Assembly (NCBI GenBank): GCA_045377275.1
Contig: JBJIOA010000031.1
Location: 26,202-90,201, forward strand
Length of the DNA stretch: 64,000 nucleotides
Direction: 5' to 3'
Origin: Allorhizobium sp.
GTDB lineage: Bacteria > Pseudomonadota > Alphaproteobacteria > Rhizobiales > Rhizobiaceae
Part shown: one piece after another, positions 27,844 to 37,604 of the stretch
Position numbering within the stretch: position 1 is the first letter of the stretch
Layout of the letters: every line of letters starts with the position of its first letter
Made by a program: the position numbers and the translations under genes
The notes under the pieces: model-generated
The model's database searches: none
What the model was told of the DNA's origin: nothing
Seen by the model: only the letters and a program-made list of their open reading frames with translations

Positions 27844-29010
27844 ATGCATTTCCAGCCGCAGTATCGCGTCTATATCGCCTTCTTTCTGTTTGCCATGTGC
27901 ACGGGATCGCTGTTTTCCCGACTGCCGGATCTGCAGGTGCAACTCGGGGTGAACAAGGCCGAGCTCGGAATGACCCTGATCGGCATGGCGATCGGCTCAC
28001 TGATTTCGCTCACCCTCTCCTCGCCGCTGATCGTCCGGCTTGGGTCGCGCACGACACTGGCCATCTGCCTGCTCGGCGTCATGGCGCTCTTGTCGCTCAT
28101 CCCGTTACTGCCTTCCGCACCCTTCGTCTTTGCGACCCTTTTTCTTACGGGATTGCTCGCAGGCGCGCTGGAGATCTGTCTCAATGTCGAGATCGGCCGT
28201 ATCGAGGCGCAGGCGGGTTTCGGCATCATGAACCGCGCGCATGGCTGCTGGAGCCTCGGATTCTTCGTTACCGCAATCACGGCCTCATTGGTGCGCCAGG
28301 CTGGGATCAGCATGCAGATGCACATGCATGTACTGCTCGGACTGATGTTCGTCATCGGTGCCGTTACGATCGCCGGCATGAAGAACGCGCCTGTTCTCAC
28401 CACCGCAGGTGCCGAGGACAAGGCGCCGCATTTTGCGTTGCCGACATTGGCGCTGCTGCCGCTCTGCATCATCGGAACCTCGGCCTTCCTGATTGAAGGT
28501 GCCGGCATCGACTGGTCGACGATCTACATGGAAGAGGTCTTCGACGTCTCACCCTTCATTTCCGGTTCGGGGCTGACGCTGTTTGCCTTCTTCATGGCGC
28601 TTGCACGCCTCACCGTCGACCCGGTGGTCGATCGCCACGGGGCGCGGCTCGTGGGCCGTGTGCTGCTGTCGGTGGCGGCACTGGGTATCGCCATGGCCTG
28701 GCTTGCGCCCTCCCCGGCCCTTGCCCTTCTGGGTTTTGCACTGATGGGCGCCGGCTGCAGCGCGGTCTATCCGATGGCCGTGTCGGCAGCGGCCCAGCGC
28801 ACAGACCGGCCCGCCGTCATCAATGTCGCTGCAATCGCGCAGATGGCCTTCGTCGTCTTTTTCCTCGGTCCACCGCTGCTCGGCTTCGTTGCCGAGGCCT
28901 TCGGGATCCGCAACGCCTATCTCGCCTGCCTCCCGCTGGTGCTCGGCTCGATCCTCGCCAGTCGCTCACTGCCGGTCGGACCGGCCAGGCGCAAGAAGCT
29001 GGCTGCTTGA
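27844..29010 (+). CDS. MFS transporter
   Basis: ATG at 27844 (MHFQPQYRVYIAFFLFAMCTGSLFSRLPD…). About 12 TM helices. The ORF extension back to 27538 only translates the repeat element. Confidence 0.85.
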   Translation: MHFQPQYRVYIAFFLFAMCTGSLFSRLPDLQVQLGVNKAELGMTLIGMAIGSLISLTLSSPLIVRLGSRTTLAICLLGVMALLSLIPLLPSAPFVFATLFLTGLLAGALEICLNVEIGRIEAQAGFGIMNRAHGCWSLGFFVTAITASLVRQAGISMQMHMHVLLGLMFVIGAVTIAGMKNAPVLTTAGAEDKAPHFALPTLALLPLCIIGTSAFLIEGAGIDWSTIYMEEVFDVSPFISGSGLTLFAFFMALARLTVDPVVDRHGARLVGRVLLSVAALGIAMAWLAPSPALALLGFALMGAGCSAVYPMAVSAAAQRTDRPAVINVAAIAQMAFVVFFLGPPLLGFVAEAFGIRNAYLACLPLVLGSILASRSLPVGPARRKKLAA

Positions 29011-29011
29011 T

Positions 29012-29446
29012 TCAGGGGCGCGTGAGGAAGGTCAGCTCTTCCGGCGTCGGATCGCCGAAGATCTTGATGCCGAGCTTGGCGTCAGAGACATAAAGCAAGG
29101 CCCGCTTGCCATCCTCGGAGTAAAGCACGCGGATCCAGCTCGATTCGCAGGTCCTCGGCTCGCAGGCGCGGAACAGCTGCATTCGCTTGTCCTTGACCTT
29201 CACCTCCTCGGAGGCAAGCGCCACATAACGCGGCTGGCGCACCAGGGCGCGCACCCAGAAAGGCAGCCCCGGCTGGCCCTTGATCATCTCCATCAGGCTG
29301 TCGCGATGCGCCGGCGAGGCCGCCAGCACGCTCGGCAGGTAATTGCCGGCAAGCGAGGTAGAACCGGTTTGGGCATTGAGGGGGCCGGCGCTCAGGCTGA
29401 GGGCGGCGAGAAGAGCAAGCTGATTGCAGACACGGCCTAACTTCAC
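29012..29446 (-). CDS. Ivy-family (inhibitor of vertebrate lysozyme-like) periplasmic protein with a non-canonical loop
   Basis: Signal peptide. …MIKGQPGLPFWV… and …ACEPRTCESSWIRVLYSEDG… align by eye with E. coli Ivy …MVQGHKLPAWV… and …ACKPHDCGSQRIAVMWSE…. Confidence 0.55.
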   Translation of the reverse strand: MKLGRVCNQLALLAALSLSAGPLNAQTGSTSLAGNYLPSVLAASPAHRDSLMEMIKGQPGLPFWVRALVRQPRYVALASEEVKVKDKRMQLFRACEPRTCESSWIRVLYSEDGKRALLYVSDAKLGIKIFGDPTPEELTFLTRP

Positions 29447-29628
29447 GCCGCGTTCTCCGTCACCGGAAAATAAAGAGCCTCGTAGTGTTCGATGAGCGCA
29501 ACCAGGCGGTCGAATTCCAGCGCTTCTGCGGTACCCTCTTCAGGCTCACGGTCGAAAAACGGGGGAACAGCTGAAAGCGCGGCTCGATAGTCGCTGTCGT
29601 TGGATTTCTCTTTCATGGCTCGCGGCAC
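29443..29628 (-). CDS. small protein resembling only the N-terminal part of HigA/COG5499-type antitoxins (no HTH domain)
   Basis: …DYRAALSAVPPFFDREPEEGTAEALEFDRLVALIEHYEALYFPV… matches the DY-AAL…GT-E…L--LIE-YE--FP pattern. It ends at a GTGA overlap with the Ivy-like gene. It may be a gene remnant. Confidence 0.35.
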   Translation of the reverse strand: MPRAMKEKSNDSDYRAALSAVPPFFDREPEEGTAEALEFDRLVALIEHYEALYFPVTENAA

Positions 29629-29709
29629 CTCTGCAGATAAGTCTTCACCGTCTAACCAGCACTTCCATCAATTGTACTTGCATCGACCGCCAGTCGGCAA
29701 CCTGCGCCC

Positions 29710-32700
29710 TCAAACCAGGTCCCTCTCGCGCAGCGCCTCGGCCGTCTGCAGGTCCACCGACACCAGTTGGCTAACCCCCTGCTCTGCCATCGTCACCCCG
29801 AAGAGGCGGTTCATGCGGGCCATGGTGATGGGGTTGTGGGTGATGATGACGAAACGGGTTTCCGTGGAAGCCGCCATTTCGTCCATCAAGTTGCAGTAGC
29901 GCTCGACATTGTGGTCGTCGAGCGGCGCGTCCACCTCGTCCAGCACGCAGATTGGCGCGGGGTTGGTGAGAAACACCGCGAAAATCAGGGCCATGGCGGT
30001 CAGGGCCTGTTCGCCGCCTGACAGCAGCGTCATGGTCTGCGGCTTCTTGCCCGGCGGGCGGGCGAGAATTTCGAGGCCGGCCTCCAGCGGATCGTCGCTT
30101 TCGATCAGCTGCAGTTCGGCCGTGCCGCCATTGAAGAGGTGGGTGAAGAGGCGCTGGAACTGAGCATTGACGACATCAAAGGCGGCGATTAGGCGTTCGC
30201 GGCCTTCGCGGTTCAGGCTCTGGATGGCGCCACGCAGCTTGCGGATCGCGTCGATGATGTCGTCGCGCTCCTTGATGAGGGTGCTAAGCTTTTCCGACAG
30301 TTCCTTCTGCTCTTCATCGGCGCGCAGGTTGACGGCGCCCAAGCGCTCGCGCTCCATCTTCAGCCGATCGAGATTGCGCTCGACCTCGCGCAGGTCGCCG
30401 ATCTCGCTTGGATCTTTCAGGCCGGTCAGGCGGAAGGCCTCATGCGGGCCGACATTCAGCGTGTCCTGGATGCGGGTCTCGGCTTCGATGCGCCATTCGC
30501 GGGCAGAGACCAGACGCTCCTCGGCGCGGCCGCGCTTTTCGCGTGCTTCAGCGAGTTCAGCCAGAGCGGCTGCCGCTTTCTGGTCGGCCTCGCGCTGGCG
30601 GGTCTCGGCTTCCACCAAGCGGTCGGCGGCGTCGCGGCGGTCCTTCTCGGCCTTGTCGAGCGCTGACATCAGATTGCGGCGCTTGTCCTCGAATTCGTCG
30701 GGTGCCATTTCGAGATCAGTGATCTCGTCGCGGGCCTCGGCCTCACGCTCGCGCAGGGTGGCGATGTGCTCTTCTGCAGACATGGCGCGGTTTTGCCAGT
30801 TCTGCTTTTCCTGGCGGATCGAGAGAATGCGGCGGCGGCGCATCTCGTCTTCGCGGGCCAGCCCCTCAAAACGGGCACGCGCTTCGGCAAGAAGGCCACG
30901 GTCGCGGGCGACAATAGCCTCGGCATCGCGCAGGCTGATATCGAGGGCAGAGAGATCGGGCGTCTCCTCCATCTCGATGCGAGCGGTTTCCTCCTGCTCG
31001 ACAATCTCTTCGATCTGGGCCTTCAAGCCATTCACCGCCTCCTCGATCACCTCGCGGCGGCGGATGAGATCGCCCGAGGCGCGTTCGGCCTGGGCAAGCG
31101 CATCGCGGGCTTCGGCGAGGCTTCGGACCGTCAGGCGGCTGCGGTCACGGGCGTCGGCAAGGCTAGCCTCCTCGGCGCGGATGGCGTCGGCGGCTTCGCT
31201 GAGGCGATCCTCGGCATCGACCATCTGGTCGCGGGCTTCCTCGGTCTCGCGCTCGATTTCGGCCAGGCGGTTCTTCTGGGCTAGGCGCAAGGCGGCGGCA
31301 CTCGGGGCGTCGGCGCCGGTGACATGGCCGTCCCAGCGATAGACCGCGCCATCGCGGGTGACGAGGCGCTGGCCGGGGGCAAGGCTTGCCATCAGGCGCA
31401 GCGCATCGGCTTCTTCGACGACGCCGATCTGGCGCAGCGCGCGGGTGAGTGCTGCGGGTGCCCGGACATGGGCGAGGAGCGGCTTTGCGCCGGATGGCAG
31501 AGACGGATCCCCTGCCCCGTCGCCATTGCCATGCCAATGGGCGGGTGCTGCCGGATCAAGCGCGCTGTCGAGATCGTCGCCGAGGGCAGCGCCCAGAGCG
31601 GTCTCATAGCCACGATCGACGGAGAGGTCGTCGGCCACCGGCGGAAAGTCGCCTGTGGTGGTGGAGGCCAGAATGCGGGCGATGGTGCGCGCTTCTGTTT
31701 CCAGACCGTTGACCCGGGCGCGGGCGGCTTCGAGTGGCTGACGCAGATGGCTTTCTGTGCGGCGGGCCTCATTGAGCGCCGCCTCGGCTTCCATGGCCGC
31801 ACTCTCGGCATCGGCCACGGACTGTTCGGCGATCTCGACCATTTCGCGCTTCTCGTCCGGATCGGGGAGAGCCGCGATGCGGTCGGAGATATCTGAGAGT
31901 TCGCGGGAGGCCTCGGAGACCTGCCGCTCAAGGCGGGCGCGGCGCTCGGCGAGATCGCGGATGGCGCGTTCCAGCTGGTTGCGGCCGGCAGCGGCTTCGG
32001 CGCGTTCGGCGGTCAGCCGGGTGAAGTCGCGTTCGCTGTCGGCAAGCGTTGCGGCAGCAGCTTCGAAGGTTTCCTTTGCCTCTTCACCGAAGCGTCCAGC
32101 ATCGGCGAGGATTTCCTCGAGTTCTGCCTCCTCTTCCGCCAGCCGCTGGATGACCTCGGCATTTTCCGACACGAGGCGCTCCTCGCGGCGAATGTCCTCG
32201 TCCAACTGAGCGAGGCGGCGGGTGAGTTCGTCGCGGCGGCGGAGGATACGGTTGGCTTCCTCGTCGAGCTGGCTGCGCGCGATCTGCAGGCGTTGCAGCG
32301 CAGCGGCGGCTTTCGCCTCCTCCTCGCGCAATTCCGGCATCTTAAGGCTTGCCACGGCCTGAAGCTTTGCCGCCTCCATCTGATGGTTCGCCTTTTCGGC
32401 GACCGTCGACATGGCCTGGTTCAGGGCGCTTTCCGCCTCGCCCTCCGCCTGCTTCGCCTGCGACCAGCGGATATGCAGGAGCATCGCGTCATGGGCGCGG
32501 ATATCGGCGGATAATTGCTTGAAGCGGTTGGCTTGGCGGGCCTGGCGCTTCAGGCTCTCGATCTGGCTTTCGAGCTGCGCGGTGATGTCTTCCAGCCGCT
32601 CCAGATTGGTTTCGGCTGCGCGCAGGCGCAGTTCCGCTTCGTGGCGCCGCGAATGCAGGCCGGAAATGCCGGCGGCTTCTTCCAGCAATTGTCGCCGCGC

Positions 32701-33174
32701 CTGCGGTTTGGCCGAAATCAGTTCGCCGATGCGCCCCTGGCCGACCATCGACGGCGAACGAGCACCGGTCGAGGCATCGGCAAACAGCAGCTGCACATCT
32801 TTAGCGCGGGCTTCCTTGCCGTTGATGCGATAGACCGAGCCATTGCCGCGCTCGATGCGGCGGGTCACCTGGATCTCGTCGGCATCGTTGAAGGCGGCTG
32901 GGGCCGTGCGGTCGGAATTGTCGAGGTGGAGCCCGACTTCGGCGGAGTTGCGGGCCGGACGGTTGCCGGAACCGGAGAAGATGACGTCGTCCATGCCGGA
33001 CGCGCGCATGTTCTTGTAGGAGTTCTCGCCCATCACCCAGCGCAGGGCCTCGACGAGGTTCGACTTGCCGCAACCATTCGGCCCGACAATGCCGGTGAGG
33101 CCGCGCTCGATGACGAATTCGGAGGGTTCCACAAAGGACTTAAAGCCGACGAGACGGAGACGGTTGAATTTCAT
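29710..33174 (-). CDS. smc: chromosome segregation protein SMC
   Basis: 1154 aa. N-terminal Walker A GPNGCGKSN, long coiled coils, hinge, C-terminal LSGGEQALTAMALIFA and Walker B VLDEVDAPLD. Confidence 0.97.
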   Translation of the reverse strand: MKFNRLRLVGFKSFVEPSEFVIERGLTGIVGPNGCGKSNLVEALRWVMGENSYKNMRASGMDDVIFSGSGNRPARNSAEVGLHLDNSDRTAPAAFNDADEIQVTRRIERGNGSVYRINGKEARAKDVQLLFADASTGARSPSMVGQGRIGELISAKPQARRQLLEEAAGISGLHSRRHEAELRLRAAETNLERLEDITAQLESQIESLKRQARQANRFKQLSADIRAHDAMLLHIRWSQAKQAEGEAESALNQAMSTVAEKANHQMEAAKLQAVASLKMPELREEEAKAAAALQRLQIARSQLDEEANRILRRRDELTRRLAQLDEDIRREERLVSENAEVIQRLAEEEAELEEILADAGRFGEEAKETFEAAAATLADSERDFTRLTAERAEAAAGRNQLERAIRDLAERRARLERQVSEASRELSDISDRIAALPDPDEKREMVEIAEQSVADAESAAMEAEAALNEARRTESHLRQPLEAARARVNGLETEARTIARILASTTTGDFPPVADDLSVDRGYETALGAALGDDLDSALDPAAPAHWHGNGDGAGDPSLPSGAKPLLAHVRAPAALTRALRQIGVVEEADALRLMASLAPGQRLVTRDGAVYRWDGHVTGADAPSAAALRLAQKNRLAEIERETEEARDQMVDAEDRLSEAADAIRAEEASLADARDRSRLTVRSLAEARDALAQAERASGDLIRRREVIEEAVNGLKAQIEEIVEQEETARIEMEETPDLSALDISLRDAEAIVARDRGLLAEARARFEGLAREDEMRRRRILSIRQEKQNWQNRAMSAEEHIATLREREAEARDEITDLEMAPDEFEDKRRNLMSALDKAEKDRRDAADRLVEAETRQREADQKAAAALAELAEAREKRGRAEERLVSAREWRIEAETRIQDTLNVGPHEAFRLTGLKDPSEIGDLREVERNLDRLKMERERLGAVNLRADEEQKELSEKLSTLIKERDDIIDAIRKLRGAIQSLNREGRERLIAAFDVVNAQFQRLFTHLFNGGTAELQLIESDDPLEAGLEILARPPGKKPQTMTLLSGGEQALTAMALIFAVFLTNPAPICVLDEVDAPLDDHNVERYCNLMDEMAASTETRFVIITHNPITMARMNRLFGVTMAEQGVSQLVSVDLQTAEALRERDLV

Positions 33175-33252
33175 GTCGCCGCCCCCCGAAGCAACGCACG
33201 AAAAACGGGCCCACGGGTTTCCCCGGCGCCCGTCGTCAGAACGGAACGTCGA

Positions 33253-33993
33253 TCAGAGCATGCTGTCGATGAGGGCCGACATGGTGTCAACCGACATGTC
33301 CCCCGAATAGGCCTTGCCATTGATCAGGAAGGTCGGCGTCGACTGGACACCGAATTCCTGGGCGCCGCGGTCGCGGACTGCCGACACATCACCGGCAAGC
33401 TGGGCGTTCGTCAAGCAGGCGTCGAAGCTCTCCTGTGTAAAACCGGCAAGCTTGGACATTTGCAGCATGGCATTGCGAACGTCGCCGTCAGCTGGCGCGG
33501 CCCAGGCGCCCTGCTGCTTGAGAAGCGTCGAGACGAAGGGAAAGTAGCGTTCTTCGGTCGTGCAGCGAGCCAGCATGAAGGCCGCCAGCGATGCGGTGTC
33601 CTGCGGGAACGGGAATTCGCGCACGATAAAATAGACCTTGCCGGTGTCGACATAGCGCTTCTTGATCTCGTCGAAGGTGCGGACGTGGAAATTTGCACAA
33701 TGCGAGCAGGTCATCGACATGTATTCGATGATCTTGACCGGCGCGTTCGGGTCGCCGAGCGCCATTTCCTTCAGCGGGCCGGGCTTCAATGCCTCTTCCA
33801 TATCGACGTCGCGATCAGCCGTCGGGAGCTCGACAGAGGTCGTCGAAGCGGTCGTCTCGTTGCTGACGGCGGGCTCGGCACTGGCGGCCTTGTCTTCGGC
33901 GTCGCTGCAGGAGGTGAGTGCCAGACCGACGGCGGCAATGGCGATACCGCCGAGGAGGCGGCGCTTGGTGATCGAGAGTTCGGATGTCGACAT
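33253..33993 (-). CDS. DsbA-family thiol:disulfide oxidoreductase (probable lipoprotein)
   Basis: Thioredoxin-fold CxxC motif MTCSHCANFH. N-terminus …GLALTSCS fits a lipobox. Confidence 0.85.
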   Translation of the reverse strand: MSTSELSITKRRLLGGIAIAAVGLALTSCSDAEDKAASAEPAVSNETTASTTSVELPTADRDVDMEEALKPGPLKEMALGDPNAPVKIIEYMSMTCSHCANFHVRTFDEIKKRYVDTGKVYFIVREFPFPQDTASLAAFMLARCTTEERYFPFVSTLLKQQGAWAAPADGDVRNAMLQMSKLAGFTQESFDACLTNAQLAGDVSAVRDRGAQEFGVQSTPTFLINGKAYSGDMSVDTMSALIDSML

Positions 33994-34179
33994 GGGTCAG
34001 TTACCTGCGTTGCAAGGATCTTGGATGGCTTCACCGTTATAACGGCAAAAGGCGCCAAACAAGGCAGGCTCCCCCCTGAAAAATCAAAGATCCGTGACCT
34101 TTTAGCCTTCGCCACGGCAAAATTGCCGAGACCGGCAAGCCATCTGCCTGCCGGTCCGGTGTTGCTTCAACGTGTGTTT

Positions 34180-34533
34180 TCAGCGAGCCACGGGACGGCT
34201 CACCAGCGACTGCAGCGTATAGACCAGGATCGCGATGCCGATGGCGCCCATGGCGGCGACGCCGAGCAGCACGACGACATCAACGGGGCCGCCAATGTCG
34301 CGGAATCCTGAGCGGGTCACGGTCTGAACGAACCAGACAGCGCCAATCGCGCCGATTGGCATGGCAAGCTGGGCCAGCAGGAACTTCTTCCAGGAAACCT
34401 GGCGATCGCGGATCAGCACGTAGAGATAAGCGAGCGTGATCACGGCTGCGAGTACGACCATGACCCAGAACAGGGTATGGCCGAAGATCTCTTCGAGAAC
34501 CGCGACGATCATTCCGACAGTCATGTCCTTCAT
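34180..34533 (-). CDS. small integral membrane protein co-transcribed with the sulfide-dehydrogenase-like flavoprotein
   Basis: 117 aa with 3-4 TM helices, 10 bp downstream of the flavoprotein gene. Confidence 0.6.
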   Translation of the reverse strand: MKDMTVGMIVAVLEEIFGHTLFWVMVVLAAVITLAYLYVLIRDRQVSWKKFLLAQLAMPIGAIGAVWFVQTVTRSGFRDIGGPVDVVVLLGVAAMGAIGIAILVYTLQSLVSRPVAR

Positions 34534-34543
34534 GGCATCCTCC

Positions 34544-35845
34544 TCAGGCGCGACCGCGCAGCATGGCGTTGTAGGTGGGTTTCAGGGCGATCTCCTTCAT
34601 CAGCCAGGAAATCCAGAGCTCTTCGAGCGGGGCGATCAGTCCGGGGAAGGACGGGACGAGATTGTCCTTGTAGTCGAACTCGACCAGCATAGCCGAGCCG
34701 ATGCGGGTGATCAGCGGGCAGGACGTATAGCCGTTATAGCTTTCCTTGCTCTCGCGCCCTTCGATCTGGGCGACGAGTTGATCGACCGCGACGGGCACCT
34801 GCCATTTGACGCTGGCTGCCGTCTTGCCCTTCGGTACGCCGGCGATATCGCCGACCGCGAAGACATCGGGGTAGCGGACATGGCGCATGGTATGCTTGTC
34901 GACCTCGACCCAGCCCTGGCCCACCCATTTGTCAGCCCAGGGCAGCGGGCTGTTGAGGATCACATCGGGCGCCCGCATCGGCGGGATGACATTGGTGAAG
35001 TCGTAGCCGAGCTCCTTGTCGCCTTCCGGCGTGGTGAAGGTGGCGATCTTGCGGACGGGATCGATCTTCTTCATCACGTGTTCGTAGACCGTGTCGATGC
35101 CACGCTCCTCATAGAGCATGCGCACCTTTTCGGAGACGATCGGCACGCCGAACAGCGCCTTGTTGTGGGCCGCATAGACGATCTTGGAGTTGCTGCGGGT
35201 GCCCTTGCGGGTGAGGTAATCTTCGGTGAGGAAGGTGTATTTCAAAGGAGCGCCGGCGCATTTCATCTCGGTAGCAGGGCGCGAGAAGAGTGCGAGGCCG
35301 CCCTTGTCGGTGAAGCGGTTCATCTCCTCCCAGGTCTTCTCTGCGTAATCTGGGCCGGCATAGACCGAACCGATGCCGTCTTTGCCGATCAGGTCAAGCG
35401 ACATGCCTTCGATGGCTGCGTAGTCAAGCTTGAGACCGGTTGCGACGAAGAGGAAATCGTATTCGATCGCCTTGCCGCTCTCCGTCACCACCTTCTTGCC
35501 GTCGGGATCGATTTCGGCCGCACCTTCTTCGATCCATTCGACACCTGAAGGCAGCCAGTCGGCCGTGCCGGACACGGAATAGGAGGCCGGCTTGAGGCCC
35601 GCGGCGATCAGCGTGAATCCCGGCTGATACCAGTGCTGCTTGCGGGGGTCGAGGATGGTGATCTTGGCGCCATCGAGTCGGCTGGACAACTGATTGGCGA
35701 GTGCCGTTCCGGCCGCGCCTGCCCCCAGGATCAGTATGCGGGCACTGGTCTGGACGGGCTGTGCCGTCGCGCGCTGCAACGGTGCTGCGGCCAGTGCCGC
35801 ACCGCCGGCTGCCAAACCGAAGAATTGTCGTCTGCTGGTTTTCAT
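34544..35845 (-). CDS. Tat-exported FAD-dependent sulfide dehydrogenase/sulfide:quinone oxidoreductase-like flavoprotein (FccB/SQR family)
   Basis: Twin-arginine signal MKTSRRQFFGLAAGGAALAA. FAD-binding motif ILILGAGAAGTA. A second dinucleotide-fold motif …VFAVGDIAG…. Confidence 0.8.
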   Translation of the reverse strand: MKTSRRQFFGLAAGGAALAAAPLQRATAQPVQTSARILILGAGAAGTALANQLSSRLDGAKITILDPRKQHWYQPGFTLIAAGLKPASYSVSGTADWLPSGVEWIEEGAAEIDPDGKKVVTESGKAIEYDFLFVATGLKLDYAAIEGMSLDLIGKDGIGSVYAGPDYAEKTWEEMNRFTDKGGLALFSRPATEMKCAGAPLKYTFLTEDYLTRKGTRSNSKIVYAAHNKALFGVPIVSEKVRMLYEERGIDTVYEHVMKKIDPVRKIATFTTPEGDKELGYDFTNVIPPMRAPDVILNSPLPWADKWVGQGWVEVDKHTMRHVRYPDVFAVGDIAGVPKGKTAASVKWQVPVAVDQLVAQIEGRESKESYNGYTSCPLITRIGSAMLVEFDYKDNLVPSFPGLIAPLEELWISWLMKEIALKPTYNAMLRGRA

Positions 35846-36196
35846 TGCGTCCTCCCCCGGGCGACACGGGCGCCCCTTGCGTATTCTGGATCCCGCCTCG
35901 CCTGGCCACCTCTGGCTGTGGCAAAAGCCCTCATCGTGTGTTGCAGATCTTTATATATACTATTTCGTATCTTCAATGCAACGTAGTTATTGAGGTCACG
36001 TGTTGAACCGTCGTCGGGGATATCCTTGCACCCGCATTGCCGCAGGATCACCGGGCTTGTAACAGTTTATCGCGCAAGGCCGATGAAGCTGGCAAAGACC
36101 CAAACTTGGCCGGTCAGGTCGCATTTAAGTTATTCTAACAAGACCTTAACGTGCCCTAGAGATTTCAGCTCGATCACAGTCAGAGTTCCTTTCATC

Positions 36197-37594
36197 ATGA
36201 CGTTGCCGAAGAGCCGGGAGACCCTCTCTCTCGCCACACATATTGCAAGCCTCACACTTGCCGCCGCCTGCCTGGCATTGTCCGTGAGTGGCACCCTCGC
36301 GCAGCAAGCCCAGAATGTGGCGCCGCGGACGGGCAGCGCATCGATCAACGAGATTGAGGCTAAGCGAGAGGCCTTGTTCGGCCGTATGATGGCAGCACCC
36401 GACGATCTAGACACCGCTTTCGAATATGCAGCGCTGTCCTCCGAGGCCGGCGATCTGGAAGGGGCGATCTCGACGCTCGAACGCATGCTGATCTACGCGC
36501 CCGGCCTGCCCCGGCTGCAGCTTGAACTCGGCGTGCTCTATTATCGTCTCGGCGCCTACGAGACCGCTCGGCAGTATTTCGACGGGGCGAAGTCCGCAGG
36601 CGACATGCCGCCGGAGGTCTCCGCCAAGGTCGATCAGTATCTTTCGGCCATCGACCAGCGCGGCGCCCCCTCGCAGTTCTCCGGCATGATCAGGACCGGT
36701 ATCCGATATCAGAGCAATGCCAATGCGGGCCCGGGCAATTCGACGGTGACGCTCAATGGTCTCTCCTACACGCTGGACGGCTTGAGCGTCGCGGGCGAGG
36801 ACTTCAACGGCTTCGTCAATGGCGGGCTGCGCTATCGCCATGATACCGATATCCAGGGACTATCGCTGGAGGCAGGCCTTTCCGGCTATGCCGCCGGCTA
36901 CCGCGACCGCAACACGCTGAACACGGCAGCGGTCGAGGCCTATGCCGGCCCGGTCTTCGATCTTGGACGTTTCGGGCTCGACGACCGGACGCTCTCCGTC
37001 CTCCTGACCACCAGCGGCGTTCTGATCGAGGGCGACCGGTATATGGCATCCGCCGGGGTCTCGACGACGATCGACTGGCAGGTGACACCGGTCGACAGTC
37101 TGTCTGGCAGCCTGCAATACCGCTTTGAGGATTTTTCCAACACCAAGTCGCGGCGAACCGCTGAATTGCAGAGCGGCCATCGGTTCGACGGCCAGTTCTC
37201 CTGGTCGCATAATCTCACACAAGACCTAAGCCTGACGGGGCGCCTTCTTGCGACCCGGCGCGACGCGGAGGTGGGCTACCTGTCCTCCAGCGAACTGGGC
37301 GGGGCGATCTCCGGCACCTATCGCTATGCCGCCCTTATCGGCGAAGGGCCGGCCTGGATCACCGGGGTGGAAGCGGCCGTCGCCGGACGCGGCTATGACG
37401 ATCCTGACCGTATGATCAATTCTGCGGAGCGCCAGCGCGACACCGACTTCAGCCTCAACCTACGCCAGATCGTGCCCTTCAGCGAGCGCATGGCGCTGGT
37501 GGCGGAGGCCGGTTACCGCAAGGTCTGGTCGAACTACGACATCAAGAGCTTCGACAACATCTCGCTGTCGATCGGCATCCAGGCCGCGTTCTAG
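36197..37594 (+). CDS. outer-membrane protein with N-terminal TPR region and C-terminal beta-barrel (Slam/DUF560-like surface-protein translocon)
   Basis: ATG at 36197 with a signal peptide …ACLALSVSGTLAQQ. TPR-like helices AFEYAALSSEAGDLEGAISTLERMLIYAPGLPRLQLELGVLYYRLGAYETARQYF. Alternating-strand region ending …SNYDIKSFDNISLSIGIQAAF. Confidence 0.65.
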   Translation: MTLPKSRETLSLATHIASLTLAAACLALSVSGTLAQQAQNVAPRTGSASINEIEAKREALFGRMMAAPDDLDTAFEYAALSSEAGDLEGAISTLERMLIYAPGLPRLQLELGVLYYRLGAYETARQYFDGAKSAGDMPPEVSAKVDQYLSAIDQRGAPSQFSGMIRTGIRYQSNANAGPGNSTVTLNGLSYTLDGLSVAGEDFNGFVNGGLRYRHDTDIQGLSLEAGLSGYAAGYRDRNTLNTAAVEAYAGPVFDLGRFGLDDRTLSVLLTTSGVLIEGDRYMASAGVSTTIDWQVTPVDSLSGSLQYRFEDFSNTKSRRTAELQSGHRFDGQFSWSHNLTQDLSLTGRLLATRRDAEVGYLSSSELGGAISGTYRYAALIGEGPAWITGVEAAVAGRGYDDPDRMINSAERQRDTDFSLNLRQIVPFSERMALVAEAGYRKVWSNYDIKSFDNISLSIGIQAAF

Positions 37595-37604
37595 GAGCAT
37601 CACG

